A stretch of DNA of 34,345 bases from Clostridia bacterium (GCA_045545475.1 JAZQAZ010000026.1:1-34345); one strand, 5' to 3'. Shown: positions 16,859 through 25,347, counted from the stretch's first letter. Made by a program: numbers and translations. Notes: a model not told the origin generated them from the letters alone.

Positions 16859-17425
16859 CTAAAATGAATTTTCTATAGGCCCTCCAATTTCTAAATTTAG
16901 GAGTTTCAATTTATATAACTCCCACATTTCTTCAGCAGATATTAATTGTCCAAGAGTACCAATTGTTTCACTAGAAAATACTCTTGCATTAGGAAATGAG
17001 CCGAATGTAAATTCTATATCTTCAACGTCTATATCCCCAAAAGGAAAAGTTGTATAATATGGGTCTCCCATAAATACTCCTGCCATTCCACCGTCTTTGG
17101 ATATTTGGTAATAGATAATTTCCACATCATCTTTTTCTAATAAAGTAATTCGCTCAAGACCACTCGCAAATCTTTCTTCCCAAATTCTGCATTTTTCACC
17201 AATTCCTTCATTAAATTGGAATCCCTTAAATTCGCAAATATAAACATCCTCAAAAGTCATGATTTCCCCATTGAGTTCATACGTTAATTTAAACGGAAAT
17301 TCTGCATACGTTATTACAGGATATGGTGGATTTTCTGCAAAGAAACATGAAGTGAACATATACACAATCAAAATTGCAATAGCAAATATTATTGCTGTTA
17401 TAATCAAATTCTTTTTCAACATCAC
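16859..17425 (-). CDS. Hypothetical membrane-anchored protein / lipoprotein, AT-rich
   Basis: 188 aa. KK, a hydrophobic stretch and FTSC (lipobox-like); GGAGG RBS at 17436-17432; A/T-ending codons unlike its neighbours. Confidence 0.78.
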   Translation of the reverse strand: MMLKKNLIITAIIFAIAILIVYMFTSCFFAENPPYPVITYAEFPFKLTYELNGEIMTFEDVYICEFKGFQFNEGIGEKCRIWEERFASGLERITLLEKDDVEIIYYQISKDGGMAGVFMGDPYYTTFPFGDIDVEDIEFTFGSFPNARVFSSETIGTLGQLISAEEMWELYKLKLLNLEIGGPIENSF

Positions 17426-17491
17426 TTTTAGCCTCCGTTATTTTATTACTATTAATTATTTCCATACCTACTCTCAATCCCCGCTTTCACG

Positions 17492-17516
17492 GTACCATTT
17501 AGGGACGTACATTTTT
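17492..17516 (-). repeat. Right arm of the 25-bp inverted repeat
   Basis: GTACCATTTAGGGACGTACATTTTT. Confidence 0.92.
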
Positions 17517-17610
17517 CGGTCTCTTTTTTATGCTTTTGTTATTACGCCCCCGGATATTCCCCTAACTCTATGCAATTATCTTGTAATTTTTTCCGTTTCA
17601 GCTTATCTAA

Positions 17611-17639
17611 AATATAACATACATAATCTTTCCTGTCAA
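17611..17639 (-). promoter_or_regulatory. Sigma-A promoter outside the inverted repeats, pointing into the cassette
   Basis: Minus strand TTGACA (17639-17634), 17 bp, TGt-TATATT (17616-17611). It starts just downstream of the terminator of the upstream operon. Confidence 0.7.
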
Positions 17640-17646
17640 GCAACAT

Positions 17647-17674
17647 AAAAAGAGGAAGCAATGCTTCCTCTTTT
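17647..17674 (-). terminator. Terminator of the ADH-kinase-MtlD operon; short copy 4 of the hairpin repeat family
   Basis: AAAAAGAGGAAGCA-a-TGCTTCCTCTTTT, 2 bp past the stop at 17677. Confidence 0.8.
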
Positions 17675-17676
17675 AC

Positions 17677-18741
17677 TTATTTTTCAATTTTTGCACATTC
17701 GGCAAGTATTGCGTTATAAAGCTCGCTGCCTTCACTAAGTCCGCAAAGGTCTGTCAGGATTTCTCCCTTGGACTTTGCCGCCTTCATTTCTCTCCAGGTA
17801 ACATCCTTTTCGTTATCATAAAGGAGCGCTGCAGCTGCTGTCTTTATTAATACCTCAGGCATAATTCCGTTTTCGTAAATCATAACCATAGGGCCCATAA
17901 TTCTTTCGCCCTTTGCAAGCTTTCTTTCGGGGTCTCTTGCATTTCTTGCAACGGTATCAACAATTACCTTACTGCAGAACTTTTCCTTGGAAAGTGCCGC
18001 AAATTCTGCCTGATCAGCTTCCTCATAACCGAATTCCTTGCATAAAACCTTATTTGTAACTTCATAGTTTTTATCAAGAAGCTCAAGTATTTCGGGATCG
18101 TTTGCAGCCTTTGCATAGTCGGAATAGCCCTTGATATAGCCAAGATATGCAATTACACAGCTTGCCGCATTGTAGGTGTAAAGCTTTCTTGTCAGGAAGT
18201 TTCCGAAATTGTCGATGGGACGGATGCCCTTAATCTTCATTTCGTAGCCGCCAAGTAAATCGGCATTGCACTGAAGGTAGGGATAGTTTTCGGAATCTAT
18301 GTTAAGTCCGTCATCTGTTGTTGTGCAGAAAACTGTGGATTCGCTTACGGAAATGTCCTTGTTTCCGATTGCTTCACCTAAAACCACAGAGGGCTTTGAT
18401 GAGTTTTCACAGGTAATGATTGTATAGTGCTTATCGTCCTTTAAGAGGGGCGAAAGTGATGCACCAACATCCTTTAAGTTCTGACCGCCAACGGAAACCA
18501 GAATAAGGTCAGAATCTCCAAGGTCAGCATCTTCCCAGGTGTATGCAGAAAAGTTTGTAACCTTAAAGTCTTCTCTTACGCCGCCGAAAAAGCGAACGGT
18601 AAATTCCTTTTTTGCATTTAATTCATCAACCAATGCCTTATCCTTATCGATGAACATAATTTCGGCATTGTCTTCCGAGAGTAATCTTCCTATAAAGCCT
18701 CTGCCTGTTTTTCCGGCACCAACTACAACTATTTTACTCAT
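17677..18741 (-). CDS. Mannitol-1-phosphate 5-dehydrogenase-like (MtlD family) polyol-phosphate dehydrogenase, paralogue B
   Basis: GAGKTGRGFIG, TCEN, RKLYTYNAAS, RNARDPERKL. Confidence 0.85.
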   Translation of the reverse strand: MSKIVVVGAGKTGRGFIGRLLSEDNAEIMFIDKDKALVDELNAKKEFTVRFFGGVREDFKVTNFSAYTWEDADLGDSDLILVSVGGQNLKDVGASLSPLLKDDKHYTIITCENSSKPSVVLGEAIGNKDISVSESTVFCTTTDDGLNIDSENYPYLQCNADLLGGYEMKIKGIRPIDNFGNFLTRKLYTYNAASCVIAYLGYIKGYSDYAKAANDPEILELLDKNYEVTNKVLCKEFGYEEADQAEFAALSKEKFCSKVIVDTVARNARDPERKLAKGERIMGPMVMIYENGIMPEVLIKTAAAALLYDNEKDVTWREMKAAKSKGEILTDLCGLSEGSELYNAILAECAKIEK

Positions 18742-19907
18742 TTTATGTACCCCCAGGACTTAAGAAGTTCTATCTTTTCCTTAACCATCATACCAAGCTC
18801 GCCGTTGGGCTCAAGTGAGCAAACCTTCTCAAGGATTGCATCGATGCCTTCGTTTTCTCTCATTTCCTTAAGCTTGATTGCAAATTCGTCTGTTTCGTTG
18901 TAATAGTACATCGCCGCAGCTATTGCAATAGCTAAGTTTTCAGGCTTGATTCCGCAGGATAATACAAGGCGTGCAGAGCCAACTAAACGGTCATCCTTAC
19001 CTAACTTTCTGATCGGATCTCTTGCGTTTCTTTCAATAAAGTCAACGATTGTATAGTCCTGAAGCTTGTTTTTGGATGTTAATGTAAATGCAAGCTGTTC
19101 CTCTAAGGGGAAGTTATGCTTTATGGAAAGTGCGCGTGCTGTTTCCTGATATACACCGTCTAAGATTTCAAGAATCTTCTCGTCGTGTGCCGCATCTGCA
19201 ATCTTTTCATAGCCCATTAATGCACCAAGGAAGGAAACTGTTCCGTTTGCCGCATTGTAGGTGTAAAACTTTCTCTCTAAAAAGCCTGTGAAAGATTCAA
19301 TTAACTTAAGTCCCTTGATTTCAGGAAGGCTACCCTTGATTCTTGAAGCGTCAACGGGAAGCTCCCAGAAGTTCTGAACGTTTACAATCAAGGGGTCTTT
19401 TTCAAGAAGCTCCTTTGATGATTCGATGGCAGAACGCATAATAACCGCTTCTGTGATACCAACGTTGTTTTCAAAATATTCTCTTGCTTCGTCAGAGATA
19501 ATTTCGGAAATTCCGTTTCTTAAAATGTCTGCAGGCTGCTTCCAGTTTTCGCAGGTTACGAAGTTGATGTAGCCGCCCTTTTTAGCCTTAAGCTCAATAC
19601 CTGCCGCAAGATAGGGCACGATTTCGCCTAAGTTTTTACCGCCTACTGCATTGAATACCGCATCGGCATTGGCAATTGCCTCGGCAATTTTTTCCTTTTC
19701 GGAAAACTTTAATGCCTTTGCACCCTTAACAACGCAGTTTTCCTTTTCGTTACCTAAAATGTTTACTGTGTACTGTCCACGTTCATTCATAAGGTCTGTA
19801 AGACCGTCAAACTTTTCAACGAATGTAAATTCGATTCCGCTTAAGTACAAAAGATGTCCGATGAAGCCACGTGCAATTTTGCCGGCTCCGAAAATAACAC
19901 AACTCAT
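18738..19907 (-). CDS. MtlD family polyol-phosphate dehydrogenase, paralogue A
   Basis: FGAGKIARGFIG, AVG, TCEN, ERKFYTYNAANG, RNARDPIRKLGKDDRL. Confidence 0.88.
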   Translation of the reverse strand: MSCVIFGAGKIARGFIGHLLYLSGIEFTFVEKFDGLTDLMNERGQYTVNILGNEKENCVVKGAKALKFSEKEKIAEAIANADAVFNAVGGKNLGEIVPYLAAGIELKAKKGGYINFVTCENWKQPADILRNGISEIISDEAREYFENNVGITEAVIMRSAIESSKELLEKDPLIVNVQNFWELPVDASRIKGSLPEIKGLKLIESFTGFLERKFYTYNAANGTVSFLGALMGYEKIADAAHDEKILEILDGVYQETARALSIKHNFPLEEQLAFTLTSKNKLQDYTIVDFIERNARDPIRKLGKDDRLVGSARLVLSCGIKPENLAIAIAAAMYYYNETDEFAIKLKEMRENEGIDAILEKVCSLEPNGELGMMVKEKIELLKSWGYIK

Positions 19908-21277
19908 TTTGCTAACCTCCTGAATTCTTCAAAATTTTGTTTATTTGATTCATAAAGCTTTTTATAAAGCTCGAAACGCTGTCTTAAAAGAGGATTTTCC
20001 TTTGCCTCTACCTTTTTTTCTATGCGGCACATTGCCTTTGCCGCCTCTTTAATATCCTTATATATGCCGGATGCAACCGATGCTATCATACACGCTCCGT
20101 ATGCCGAAGTGTCCGCCTCCTCCAATGTTACAACGGGAAGATTCCATAAACTTGACTTTATTTTATTGAACTTCTCGTCCTTCCCCGCACCACCTGCGGT
20201 TATGATGTACTTTGCATCAACGTTGTCTTCAAGGCTTTCGTAAATATGATATGCGCTGAAAGCAACACCCTCTAAAACGCTGTATGCCATATCCTCTTTT
20301 GTGGTTTTATCGCTTATTCCGAAAAACATACCTCTGGCATTGCTGTCCCATATGGGAGCACGCTCGCCCTTTAAGTAAGGAAGGAAAAGCGGTGCATCGT
20401 TTGAAAGGGATTTTTCCACGTCAATTCCTTCAAAGCCGAACTTTTCAATTCCGAAATCAAGGCTTGTTCCGCCGGATGCCGTAACACCGTAGTGTACGTT
20501 TGACACAAAGTAAGGGCCCGTTACCATTTTGGTGTCAAGGGAAAGCTTATCGGTGGTGATTCCTATATGCTCGCTGGTGCCTGTTATGTCAAAAAGCATA
20601 TCACTTTCGACAATTCCCATTCCAAGAAGCCCCGCATAGTAGTCGTTGCATCCAAGATAAACAGGTGTACCTTCTAAAAGTCCTGTTTTTTCCGATGCTT
20701 CCTTTGTCACATATCCCGCTAAATCAAAGGGGCTTTTAATGGGCGGAAGAATATTTTCATCAACACCTAAATAAGAAAGCATCTTCTTGCTGTAAACACC
20801 CGTTTCAAGATTTGCAAGTCCTCGCCAGGAATATATATCGCTCACCAGATTGCCTGTCAACATCTGGCAGATTTTATCCTTTGGCTGACACACGCTTTTC
20901 GCATCATAATGCTCATTTATGTAAAGAAGTCTCGGCATGGGATAGGATATAACCTCGGGATGGGGCATTGAAATTTCAGAGGCAAATTCTTCCTTAGAAA
21001 TCTCCTTTTTTATCCTTGCAACCTCTTCTTTTCCGATTGGGTCCTGCCAGGAAATGATGTCACTTCCGTTTATTATATACGTTCCAACCTGGGATGATAA
21101 GGAAACAGCATCAATTTTTATGCCGCGGCTTATCTCAGAAAGTGCTTCCGTTACTGCCTTAAGCCAGGCATCCACACTTCTTTCGGTGTATGTACACTTT
21201 GCCTTTTTTACAGTTTTCCCGTTATCGGTGATTAAAACCTTGACAGAGGATGTTCCTAAGTCAATTCCTGCAATCAT
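19904..21277 (-). CDS. FGGY family carbohydrate kinase (xylulokinase-like)
   Basis: GIDLGTSSVK, SWQD, ITGTS, LPYLKGERAPIWD, VLEGVAF, GGAG. Confidence 0.92.
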   Translation of the reverse strand: MIAGIDLGTSSVKVLITDNGKTVKKAKCTYTERSVDAWLKAVTEALSEISRGIKIDAVSLSSQVGTYIINGSDIISWQDPIGKEEVARIKKEISKEEFASEISMPHPEVISYPMPRLLYINEHYDAKSVCQPKDKICQMLTGNLVSDIYSWRGLANLETGVYSKKMLSYLGVDENILPPIKSPFDLAGYVTKEASEKTGLLEGTPVYLGCNDYYAGLLGMGIVESDMLFDITGTSEHIGITTDKLSLDTKMVTGPYFVSNVHYGVTASGGTSLDFGIEKFGFEGIDVEKSLSNDAPLFLPYLKGERAPIWDSNARGMFFGISDKTTKEDMAYSVLEGVAFSAYHIYESLEDNVDAKYIITAGGAGKDEKFNKIKSSLWNLPVVTLEEADTSAYGACMIASVASGIYKDIKEAAKAMCRIEKKVEAKENPLLRQRFELYKKLYESNKQNFEEFRRLAK

Positions 21278-22293
21278 AAGGTAAATACCGCCTTAACAAA
21301 GCCGACGGGACGCTTTCTTGCAAGTTCAATTGCCTTTTCAAAGTCTTCCAATGGAAGTTCCTCCGTTATAAAGTCTTCAAGGTTTACAATGCCGCTTGCC
21401 ATTAAGTCAACAGCCTTCTGGTGCATATTCCAGTTGTTACCTGCACCGATTAAGTGGAGGTTGTTTATATGAATATCGTCAATTCTGATATTCATAATCT
21501 TGCCTCTGCCATAGCCTGCAAGCACAACGGTTCCGCCCTTCTTGCAAAGCTTTAAGCAGTTCTGAATGCACTCTTCAATACCTGTTGCATCAATTATTAC
21601 ATCTGTTCCTTCGGGATGAATCTTCTTCATTTCTTCCATTAAATCCTGCTCTTTTGTGGCGATGGTTGCATATGCACCCATCTTCTCGGCAAGGTCAAGT
21701 CTTCCTCTTGTTGTAGCACATACAACTATCTTTGAAAGTCCCATGGCCTTTGCAACAGCCAATGTGCAAAGACCGATGGAGCCTGCACCCATAATCATAC
21801 AAGTATCGCCAAGCTTTGCGTGGGATTTTTTCATTGTACCCAGAGCAACTCCCAATGGCTCACAAAGTGATGCATGAGCAAAGCTTACATTCTCGGGAAG
21901 GTGACAAAGACCGTATGCGGGAACAACTATGTACTCTGAGTATGCACCGTTTCTCTTAAAGCCGATTTCCTCAAAGCTCTTACAGTATCTCCATTCGCCC
22001 TTTCTGCAGGCCTCACACTTTAAGCAAACAACATCGTTGCTTCCTACAACTCTTTCTCCGATCCATGAAGGATCAACACCCTCGCCTACTGCCTCAACTA
22101 TACCGCTCCACTCGTGACCGGGAATGAGAGGATAGTTTGCAGCAATGTTTCCGTCAATAACTTCAAGGTCTGTAGCACAAACAGCCGCAGCCTTAACCTT
22201 AACTCTTACAAAGCCTTCGGGTATAGAAGGAATAGGAGAATCCTTGAATACCATTACGCCCGGCTTTTCAATAACAACAGATTTCATATACAT
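21274..22293 (-). CDS. Zn-dependent medium-chain (polyol/sugar) dehydrogenase
   Basis: CATD, GHEWSG, CxxCxxCx7C structural zinc site, EP, GAGSIG. Start could be 22293 or 22287. Confidence 0.92.
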   Translation of the reverse strand: MYMKSVVIEKPGVMVFKDSPIPSIPEGFVRVKVKAAAVCATDLEVIDGNIAANYPLIPGHEWSGIVEAVGEGVDPSWIGERVVGSNDVVCLKCEACRKGEWRYCKSFEEIGFKRNGAYSEYIVVPAYGLCHLPENVSFAHASLCEPLGVALGTMKKSHAKLGDTCMIMGAGSIGLCTLAVAKAMGLSKIVVCATTRGRLDLAEKMGAYATIATKEQDLMEEMKKIHPEGTDVIIDATGIEECIQNCLKLCKKGGTVVLAGYGRGKIMNIRIDDIHINNLHLIGAGNNWNMHQKAVDLMASGIVNLEDFITEELPLEDFEKAIELARKRPVGFVKAVFTL

Positions 22294-22330
22294 CCGCCTT
22301 TCTTTTTATCATTCTGTGATATTTTTATTT

Positions 22331-22360
22331 AAAATAAAATGGGAAAACCCACTTTATTTT
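22331..22360. promoter_or_regulatory. Candidate operator (possibly ROK) upstream of the ADH operon
   Basis: AAAATAAAATGGG-aaaa-CCCACTTTATTTT: 13-bp arms with one mismatch, about 40 bp upstream of the start. Confidence 0.45.
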
Positions 22361-22548
22361 TTATTGAAGTTATACTATATTCTTATCGACATAGCTTATC
22401 GAAAAAACTTCGTCCTGCCGCCATCTGCGGTCCTCGTCGTTTGACTGCGGTCCTCGCTTGGCTATGCCCAATTCGGATTTTTCTTTTGCTCTCCCTCCCC
22501 TTGAACGGTACGGGAGAGTTCAGTAATTTTTTTCTTCGTTGAAAAAAA

Positions 22549-23559
22549 TTACTTTATATATTTAAGATAATCTTCAATCGCAAAGATTGCCGCACCGAAA
22601 GCTGCTCTCTTTACGTCGTATCTCCTGATGTCTAAAGTTCTTGAAGCATGCTTTTCCAAAAGAGTCTTTAAGTTAGTCAGTTCTTCTTCCTCATTGAAAG
22701 CCGTTCCGCAAACCAAAAGCTTTTTTACATTGAAAAGTATAATTGAGTTTGCAATTACAAAGGCAAGTGCCTCGTTCTTTTCATCATCAGATTTATCAGA
22801 CTTAAAATATACCCTATGAAGCTCCTCTTCTCCCTTTTCGGTTAAGACCTTGCATCTTCCGATTTCATGCATACCTGACCCGATAATCAGGCTTCCGTTT
22901 TTTATAACAGCCATACCAAGGCCTTTATCGACACGAACCAAAACAGCATCTTCCTTATTTTCCCTTGTGGCTGCAGAAAGTATACAGTCAGGATCGTGTG
23001 CTATGTATGAAGGAACGCCATAGCGTTCTTTAAGTATATCAGAAAGCGGAATGTTTTCCCATCCCTTAACCGATGTTCCAAGAGAAATTCCGTTTTCTGT
23101 ATCCACCTCGCCCTGCATGGCAACACCAAGAGCCAGAACAGTATTTTTCTTATATTTTTCTGTTACCGAATCAAGAAGTTCGTATATGGACGCAAGAAAA
23201 CTATCCTTATCCTTTGTATCCGGAATTTTAGCCTCTTCATATATAATTTCATTTTTAAGATTTATAACAACAGCATAAAGGCCCGACATATTCACATCGA
23301 TTCCGATAACATAATTATCCGATGCATTTATCTCAATACATCCCGGCCTTCTTCCCGAAGATATATTATCCTGACTTTTTTCCTCAACAACATAGGAAAG
23401 TTCCAGCAAGCGGGAAACAATCTGACTTACTCCGCCCCAGGAAAGCCCCATAATATTCTGTATCTCTTTACGGGTTACCGACTTTTCTTTTCTTATAAGG
23501 GAAAGGACTTCAAGTATGTTTGCAATCCTCATATCCTTTTGACTTATAAATTTTTTCAA
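22549..23559 (-). CDS. ROK family transcriptional regulator
   Basis: N-terminal wHTH with SGRRP; GIDVN; GVAMQGEVD; HDPDC; GLGMA. TTG start with AGGAG RBS. Confidence 0.88.
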   Translation of the reverse strand: MKKFISQKDMRIANILEVLSLIRKEKSVTRKEIQNIMGLSWGGVSQIVSRLLELSYVVEEKSQDNISSGRRPGCIEINASDNYVIGIDVNMSGLYAVVINLKNEIIYEEAKIPDTKDKDSFLASIYELLDSVTEKYKKNTVLALGVAMQGEVDTENGISLGTSVKGWENIPLSDILKERYGVPSYIAHDPDCILSAATRENKEDAVLVRVDKGLGMAVIKNGSLIIGSGMHEIGRCKVLTEKGEEELHRVYFKSDKSDDEKNEALAFVIANSIILFNVKKLLVCGTAFNEEEELTNLKTLLEKHASRTLDIRRYDVKRAAFGAAIFAIEDYLKYIK

Positions 23560-23578
23560 AAAGAATTCTCCTTTTCTA

Positions 23579-23637
23579 TTGACATTACATCAACTTGTTG
23601 ATATAATTATTATATCGCAGAGTGACACAATTGTCAA
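23579..23637. promoter_or_regulatory. Two interlocked consensus sigma-A promoters, one per strand
   Basis: + strand TTGACA 23579-23584, 17 bp, TATAAT 23602-23607. - strand TTGACA 23637-23632, 17 bp, TATAAT 23614-23609. Confidence 0.8.
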
Positions 23638-23676
23638 TAGCGATTTTACAAAATATAGAAAAGAAGGAGTTTTTTT

Positions 23677-24507
23677 ATGAATCTTAAAGAAAAAATCTTA
23701 AATACCCGCCTCACCGAAGGCCAGATTGCATGTTTTTATTTAGGCCAGGTTGGTTTCATTGTAAAGTACAACGAAAAGTACACACTTATAGACGGTTATC
23801 TTTCTGACTATGTAGATAAAAACTGCTGTAGCGAACTGGTTAAATGGGTAAGAAAATACCCAGCTCCCATAAAAGGTGATGAGCTTGACTTTATTGACTA
23901 TGTATTTTGCACCCACGCTCATAAGGACCACGCTGATCCCTATACCCTCTCTGCCATCGCATCGGTTAATAAGAAGGCTGAGTTTTTTGCATCCGTTACA
24001 TTTTGTGATGAATTTACAGACTACGGTATAGCAAAGGATAAAATCCACGGTGTCGTTGCTGACAAAAAATACGATCTTGCAGGCGGCATTTCCTTCACTC
24101 CTGTTCCTGCCGCACACGAACAGCTTAACACGGACGATAATGGCAACTTCCACGAGCTTGGCTTCGTAATTTCTTTTGGCGATACAAAAGTGTTCCACTC
24201 AGGTGACTGCTGCATGTACGACGGTCTTATCGAGCGTATCAAGGGTGCTGACATTTTAATGATTCCTATAAACGGCAAGGACTATTTCAGAACCGTTGTA
24301 AAGGACATCATCGGTTGCTTCGATTCGGTTGAAGCAATCACACTTGCAAAAGAAGCAGGTGCTTCCCTTTTAATTCCCACCCACTTTGATTTATATGCTG
24401 TCAACGAGGTTAACCCTGCATATTTTGTAGACTGTGTATATAAATTAAATCCGGCACAGAGCTTCAAGCTTTTTACACCCGGCGAAAGATACATATACGA
24501 AAAATAA
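23677..24507 (+). CDS. MBL-fold metallo-hydrolase, UlaG-like (sugar lactonase candidate)
   Basis: YLGQVGF, IDGYLS, THAHKDH, AAH, HSGD, PING, IPTHFD. Confidence 0.87.
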   Translation: MNLKEKILNTRLTEGQIACFYLGQVGFIVKYNEKYTLIDGYLSDYVDKNCCSELVKWVRKYPAPIKGDELDFIDYVFCTHAHKDHADPYTLSAIASVNKKAEFFASVTFCDEFTDYGIAKDKIHGVVADKKYDLAGGISFTPVPAAHEQLNTDDNGNFHELGFVISFGDTKVFHSGDCCMYDGLIERIKGADILMIPINGKDYFRTVVKDIIGCFDSVEAITLAKEAGASLLIPTHFDLYAVNEVNPAYFVDCVYKLNPAQSFKLFTPGERYIYEK

Positions 24508-24508
24508 C

Positions 24509-24540
24509 AAAATCCTCCCTGATAACTCAGGGAGGATTTT
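24509..24540 (+). terminator. Rho-independent terminator
   Basis: AAAATCCTCCCTGA-taac-TCAGGGAGGATTTT. Confidence 0.85.
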
Positions 24541-24594
24541 CATTTAACAAAAAAGCCTTCCGGCCATATACTGATAATGGAAACGGAGGCTTTT

Positions 24595-25347
24595 ATGACT
24601 ATTGTATTATTAACCGCATTGGGCGTCGGCGGAGCCACCATTTTAGGTGCCCTTCTCGGTTTCATCTTCAAAAGAATAACAAGCAAAACAAATGACTTAT
24701 TTTTATCCTTTGCCGCAGGAGTTATGCTTGCCGCATCTGTATTCGGCCTTATTATCCCATCTGTGGGAGAGGGAACATACTTTTCGTTGCTTATTTCTGT
24801 CTCCGGAATTTTTTCAGGAGCACTTTTAATAAACTTTCTTGATAAATTAACACCGCACCTTCATAAGCTTACCGGAATTGACAATCCCTCATCCTTCGAT
24901 GCAGGAAGATATGACAAGGTAATATTGTTTGTTCTTGCTATAGCCATACATAATATTCCGGAAGGCATTGCCGCAGGAGTTTCCTTTGGAACTGGAAACA
25001 CAAAAGAGGCCTTAACCGTCGCCTTTGGCATTGCACTCCAGAACCTTCCGGAAGGTATGGTAATAATCGCTCCCATGCTTTCTCTCGGCATGAGCAAGAA
25101 AAGGACTCTTATTTCAGCTTTTGCAACAGGTGCTGTGGAAATATTTGGAACATTGCTTGGCTATTTTGCAATAAGCATATCAGGAGCAATTCTTCCCTTC
25201 GCTCTTGCATTCGCAGGCGGAACCATGCTTTATGTAATATGCAATGAAATGATTCCCCAAACCCATTCCCATGAAAGCAAAAATTCTGTAAGCTATGCAT
25301 TTTTGGCAGGCTTTTCTTTAATGGTTTGTATGAATTATTTAATATAA
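24595..25347 (+). CDS. ZIP family (ZupT/GufA-like) metal transporter
   Basis: SFAAGVML, HNIPEG, QNLPEG, FAGGTMLYV...EMIP. Start at ATG 24595 after GGAGG. Confidence 0.92.
   Translation: MTIVLLTALGVGGATILGALLGFIFKRITSKTNDLFLSFAAGVMLAASVFGLIIPSVGEGTYFSLLISVSGIFSGALLINFLDKLTPHLHKLTGIDNPSSFDAGRYDKVILFVLAIAIHNIPEGIAAGVSFGTGNTKEALTVAFGIALQNLPEGMVIIAPMLSLGMSKKRTLISAFATGAVEIFGTLLGYFAISISGAILPFALAFAGGTMLYVICNEMIPQTHSHESKNSVSYAFLAGFSLMVCMNYLI

Noticed and set aside
17289-17477. 62-aa Cys-rich ORF overlapping the cassette gene (possible toxin remnant or peptide)
   Set aside because: Mostly an alternate frame of the hydrophobic N-terminus of 16859-17425; TTG start and no independent support.
16817-17516. 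IR-bounded segment considered as an autonomous IS
   Set aside because: The enclosed ORF has a signal/lipobox and no DDE or HUH motif, and I saw no clear target-site duplication next to the IRs.
11274-17674. Repeat copies considered as a CRISPR array or integron attC sites
   Set aside because: The copies are kilobases apart with no spacer periodicity, no cas genes or integrase, and no RYYYAAC/GTTRRRY ends.
17677-19907. Assigning the gene symbol mtlD (mannitol utilisation)
   Set aside because: No mannitol PTS or MtlR is present, the motifs deviate and there are two paralogues, so the substrate is uncertain.
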